This document shows positions 60,185 to 64,000 of a stretch of 64,000 nt of DNA, one piece after another; the first letter of the stretch is position 1; each line of letters opens with the position of its first letter. A program made the position numbers and the translations under genes. This DNA comes from Diplonema japonicum (lineage: Eukaryota > Protista > Euglenozoa: Diplonemea): contig OZ025678.1 of the NCBI GenBank assembly GCA_964019335.1, positions 372,001 to 436,000 on the forward strand, written 5' to 3'. The notes beneath the pieces were generated by a model that saw only the letters and a program-made list of their open reading frames with translations, was not told the origin of the DNA and ran no database searches.

Positions 60185-60216
<32 letters not shown>

Positions 60217-61387
60217 ATATAGTCATATAGTCACGAACTATTTTCTCCCCCCCCCCCCCTCTTTTTGAACCTTTTCATTTCCCTTTTATTCGAGCGAAAA
60301 AAAAAAAGAAGAAGAAGAAAAGGAAAAATAAAAAATAAAAAACCAAGTCTTGGTCCACAGTGTAACACGGAGAACGCAGAGGGAGCAGAATTCTCCAACC
60401 TACTGGATGCTTGTGCCGTCTCTTGTCTGGAACAAGAGTATCGGGGAACTCCAAGCTGAAAGCGAACAGTATGGTCCTCCCCCCCCTTCTTCAGGGCCTG
60501 CGATTCTTTCGGGTGTTGCATGTGATGTAGGCTTTTTTTTTTTTCCCTCTTTTTTTTTTTTTTTTTTTTCGAGGTATGGGTTAGCAGTAGTGCTTTTATA
60601 TAAGATAGGCACACAGCTGCGAGGCGTCTCTCCCTCCCCGCCATTTATAATAATTTCTTTTTTTTTTTTTTTCTTCCGCCCCCTTTTCTCTTTTTTTTTT
60701 ACCGTGTCAAAAAAAAGAAAGGAAAAGTTTAAATTCGCTTTTTTTTTTTATGGTTCCAAATAGAAAAAAAGAAAAAAACTGGCCAACAGACACTGAGAGC
60801 CCATAGAAGCGACATGTCTTTTTTTTTTTTTTTTTTTTTCTTGATACATGCTGCCCCGCAGCCTGACCGCAAGGTTTTGGCACTCGCCAGAGGCCTCAGA
60901 GGATTTGTATCCAACTTAGCCAGTGAGCGCAGAAAAAAAGAAAAAAAAAAAAAAAGCGCTTAGTTATTTCAGGAATTTTTTTTTGGTTTAACTACACACT
61001 CAATTCTTTTTTTCTTTTGGCACCAAGTGAATTTTTTCGACTTTCTTTTTTTTTCCCCCCCCCTCTTTTTTTTTTGAAAACAGGGGGGAACAATGATGTA
61101 TGACTTTATGCAAACTTTGTGCCGCCAAAAACATTTTTTTTTTTAGTGCGGAACGACAAAAATACATAAGTCGCAAAATCATTTCTTTTTTTGTTTCCCT
61201 CCCCCTTTTTTTTTCGGAGATCACTTCCCCACCCCACCTTTTTTTTTTTTTTCTTTCGCCAAGAACGAGTCTTTTGACTTTTGTTTCCCCCCCTCCCCCC
61301 CTAATTATCCTCCACCCCCCTCTTTTTATACATCATCAATTTCCCACAAAAAAAAATCCATCAGCCACCCGCCCCACAAAAAAAAAA

Positions 61388-62467
61388 ATGAGCCAGACAA
61401 TTGTGACCCCTCTCCAGGATCTTTTGAAGATCAAGCACCCTGTGCTTCTTGCAGGGATGGCTAACGTAGCGACTGCCAAGCTAGCAGCTGCGGTATCGAA
61501 CGCAGGCGGCTTGGGCGTGATCGGCGGGGTGAGGCTTACACCCAACCACCTCCGAGAAGAGATCAAAACGCTGAAAAGTCTGCTTGTCGACAAGACCGCC
61601 TTCGGTGTGGACCTCCTGATCCCACAGGTAGGCGGTAACGCAAGGAAAACCAACTACGACTACACCGGCGGCAACCTCCCTGAGCTCATCGACATCGTGG
61701 TGGAGTCCAAGGCCAGAGTGTTCATCTGTGCAGTGGGTGTCCCCCCTACATGGGTGGTGGAGAAGCTCCACGCCGCAGGCATTCTTGTCGCCAACATGGC
61801 AGGACACCCCCGCCACGCTGAGAAGGCAATGGCCGTAGGTGCTGACATGATTATCGCACAGGGTTATGAAGCAGGAGGCCACACAGGTGATGTCGCCACC
61901 ATGGTGCTCATCCCACAGGTCCTCGATGTTGTTAAAGGTAAGAAGGCACCCCTTCACGGCGGGCCCATCACTGTGATCGCTGCTGGTGGTATTTATGATG
62001 GAAGGACAGCGGCAGCATCATTCGCCCTTGGTGCTGCTGGTGTTTGGGTTGGTACCCGATTCGTCGCTTCTGAAGAAGCCACCACCTCCAAGATGCACAA
62101 GGAACACGTTGTTAAAGCAGGTCCTACAGAATGCGTGAGGACGCTTATCTACACCGGGCGGCCTTGCAGGATGTACGAGACGCCTATTGTAAAGGACTGG
62201 AACAGCAAGCCGGAGGAGATCACCAAGCTTACCGCGAAGGGTGTCATTCCCATGAACCAGGTTTTCGAGCAGGCGGAGAAGGACGGTGGTGCTGCTCTTA
62301 AGAAGCAGTACCCTGGGATGAGCTTTGTCCATACCTTCCCTATGTTCATGGGGCAGGCGTCAGGAGGGATCCATTCGATTCTTCCCGCGAAGGTCATTCT
62401 TGAGACTATGATGGAGGAGGCATCTCAGATCCTTTGTTCAAAGGCGGCACAGGTGGCTAAGCTGTAG
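61388..62467 (+). CDS. Nitronate monooxygenase / 2-nitropropane dioxygenase family
   Basis: LAAAVSNAGGLGVIG, QGYEAGGHTG, IAAGGIYDG and GVWVGTRF motifs. Confidence 0.93.
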   Translation: MSQTIVTPLQDLLKIKHPVLLAGMANVATAKLAAAVSNAGGLGVIGGVRLTPNHLREEIKTLKSLLVDKTAFGVDLLIPQVGGNARKTNYDYTGGNLPELIDIVVESKARVFICAVGVPPTWVVEKLHAAGILVANMAGHPRHAEKAMAVGADMIIAQGYEAGGHTGDVATMVLIPQVLDVVKGKKAPLHGGPITVIAAGGIYDGRTAAASFALGAAGVWVGTRFVASEEATTSKMHKEHVVKAGPTECVRTLIYTGRPCRMYETPIVKDWNSKPEEITKLTAKGVIPMNQVFEQAEKDGGAALKKQYPGMSFVHTFPMFMGQASGGIHSILPAKVILETMMEEASQILCSKAAQVAKL

Positions 62468-63640
62468 GTGTAAGAATGGGATTTTTTTTTTTTTTTTTTT
62501 TCGAGTGTGTTTTTTTTTTTTTTTTTCCCGTTTGCAAGAGATACTCTGCAGGGCAGGGAGGCAGAAGAAAAAAAAAATGAGAAAAAAAAAGGAAAAGTGG
62601 AAGACACGGTGATAATGTTTTAATTGGGGTGGTCGTACCTCTTTCACCAGTATCTCTCCTTTAGTAGTTGTTATTATTGTTAGTTTTTTTTTTTTTTTTT
62701 TTTTTTTTTTTCTTTTTACATTTAGATAATGAAACGCCTTGTGGTTAAGTAAATGGCGTTAAATTTGACAACTGAAAGATTTTCTTGTTTTTTTTTTTTT
62801 TTACTCTCCCCATCCCCCTTTAGGCGATCCTGTCACATACTGCAGTTCCCTTCAAAGACATCTTTTTTTTCAATTCACCGATTGGAAAAAAAAGGTCTTT
62901 TTTTTTTTTTTTTTTTTTTTACTCTCTCCATCCCCCTCAAAGAAAAAATATCGTAGTGAGAGATCGAAAGTAAAACAAAAAAAATTGTTTTCCTCTCTCT
63001 TTTTTTTTTAAGGTGGTGGGGATAACATGGAAATATAAGAAGTACATCAGATGTGTTGTTCGCTGTTGACCTCCTCGTCGGTCATCACCGGTAGCGCCCG
63101 AGTGGAAGAACGTAACGCAGATGCTCAGGGTGACGAACAAGCAGCAAACTGCACGAGCGCAGAATCTTGGTTACCCGGGACGCCCCGGCTAGGGTTGAGC
63201 ACACCGCACGCATTAAGGACACGACGCGGAACGCAGAAGAAGCTACTGCTCGGCCGAGGAGCGCCCCCTGTAATCAAGTAGGTAGTTCGTGCTTCATTGC
63301 ACGCTTAACGCCACCTAGTGTTGCAATCAAAGCCCCATTTTTTTTCTTGTATTTTGTTCTTGTTCCGTTGAAACCTATTTTAAAAGGGAGAAAAAAAAAG
63401 GGGGGGGGGGGAGACGAGATCGTAGGATTTATTCTTCTTTTTTATTTTATTTTATTTTTATATTCTTGATAACACACCATATTTCTTCTTTTTTTTCTTT
63501 TTTTTTTTTTCTCTTTTTTTGTTTGTTTCACTTACTTCTCCCCGATTTTATATAAAATTTTTATTCCCCCATAACAAAAAAAAAAAAAACACACAAAAAA
63601 AAAAAAGAAAAAGAAACCCGGGAAAATCCAGGGTGGAATA

Positions 63641-63686
<46 letters not shown>

Positions 63687-63695
63687 AAAAAAGAA

Positions 63696-64000
63696 ATGTC
63701 GGAGCCGAGATTGCAGCTCCGTTCTGTAGGAGAGTTGAAGAAAATCGCAAAACACAACAATGTGAACCTGGCAGGGTGCCTTGAGAAATCGGATATCCTT
63801 TCACGGCTGGCACAAACGAGGAATTTAAAAACTGACCTCCCTGCTGAGGCACCGCAGCCAACGCCGGTTGTACCACGTGCGAAGGTTAACATGCAGGACA
63901 TTCCTGACAAACACAAACAGATGCTTCTCAACATGTCTGTGAGAGAGCTACGCGACCTCTGCGAAAAAGTCAACGCACCGCGTACCGCAGTCAAAGTCAC
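63696..64000 (+). CDS. 3'-partial protein with SAP/HeH-like repeats
   Basis: ATG after an A-run; SVGELKKIA...NLAGCLEKSDIL and MSVRELRDLC motifs. Runs off the end of the window and is not in the supplied ORF track. Confidence 0.7.
   Translation, partial: MSEPRLQLRSVGELKKIAKHNNVNLAGCLEKSDILSRLAQTRNLKTDLPAEAPQPTPVVPRAKVNMQDIPDKHKQMLLNMSVRELRDLCEKVNAPRTAVKV

Noticed and set aside
1-64000. tRNA, rRNA or SL-RNA genes
   Set aside because: No T-loop/cloverleaf, rRNA or spliced-leader exon sequence was recognised by eye; a covariance scan would be needed to exclude them.

Overview
Eukaryotic genomic DNA, most consistent with a euglenozoan, probably a diplonemid-like flagellate. This is an inference from about 24 host genes all on the + strand, short GT-AG introns with GTRYG donors, a euglenozoan-type myosin and TPAP/PTAVPT linker proteins. 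Non-coding DNA is a mosaic of long A/T/C/G homopolymers. Host genes include CysRS, a large BRO1-vWA-FecR-EF-hand-dynein-MTBD-SAM protein, RNA 3'-phosphate cyclase, CD36/LIMP-2, an Apd1/Aim32-like ferredoxin, cathepsin L, RUS1, a HAT1-like GNAT, myosin, DOMON-6xFAS1, SPRING/C12orf49, a cold-shock protein, a MIT protein, a Ulp1/SENP protease, a PAM2-polyQ protein, a SnoaL-like protein and nitronate monooxygenase. The most striking locus is a kinase-ankyrin gene (19048-26664) whose 102-bp repeats were hit repeatedly at the same nucleotide (AAATAT^CTTATTGAAA). The hits are a 4.4-kb APE-RT non-LTR retrotransposon with a 10-bp TSD, a 63-bp 3'-end-only copy of it with the same TSD, an unrelated 43-bp A-tailed insert, and an in-frame deletion. 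The element's 3' end carries a GTGCGG donor; splicing it to the first downstream AG, supplied by the host repeat, would exactly restore the ankyrin reading frame. That makes it a candidate ankyrin-targeting, intron-generating retrotransposon. A second, related LINE family with several 3' remnants and a TA-flanked MITE are also present. All domain calls are from motif recognition by eye; no searches were run.
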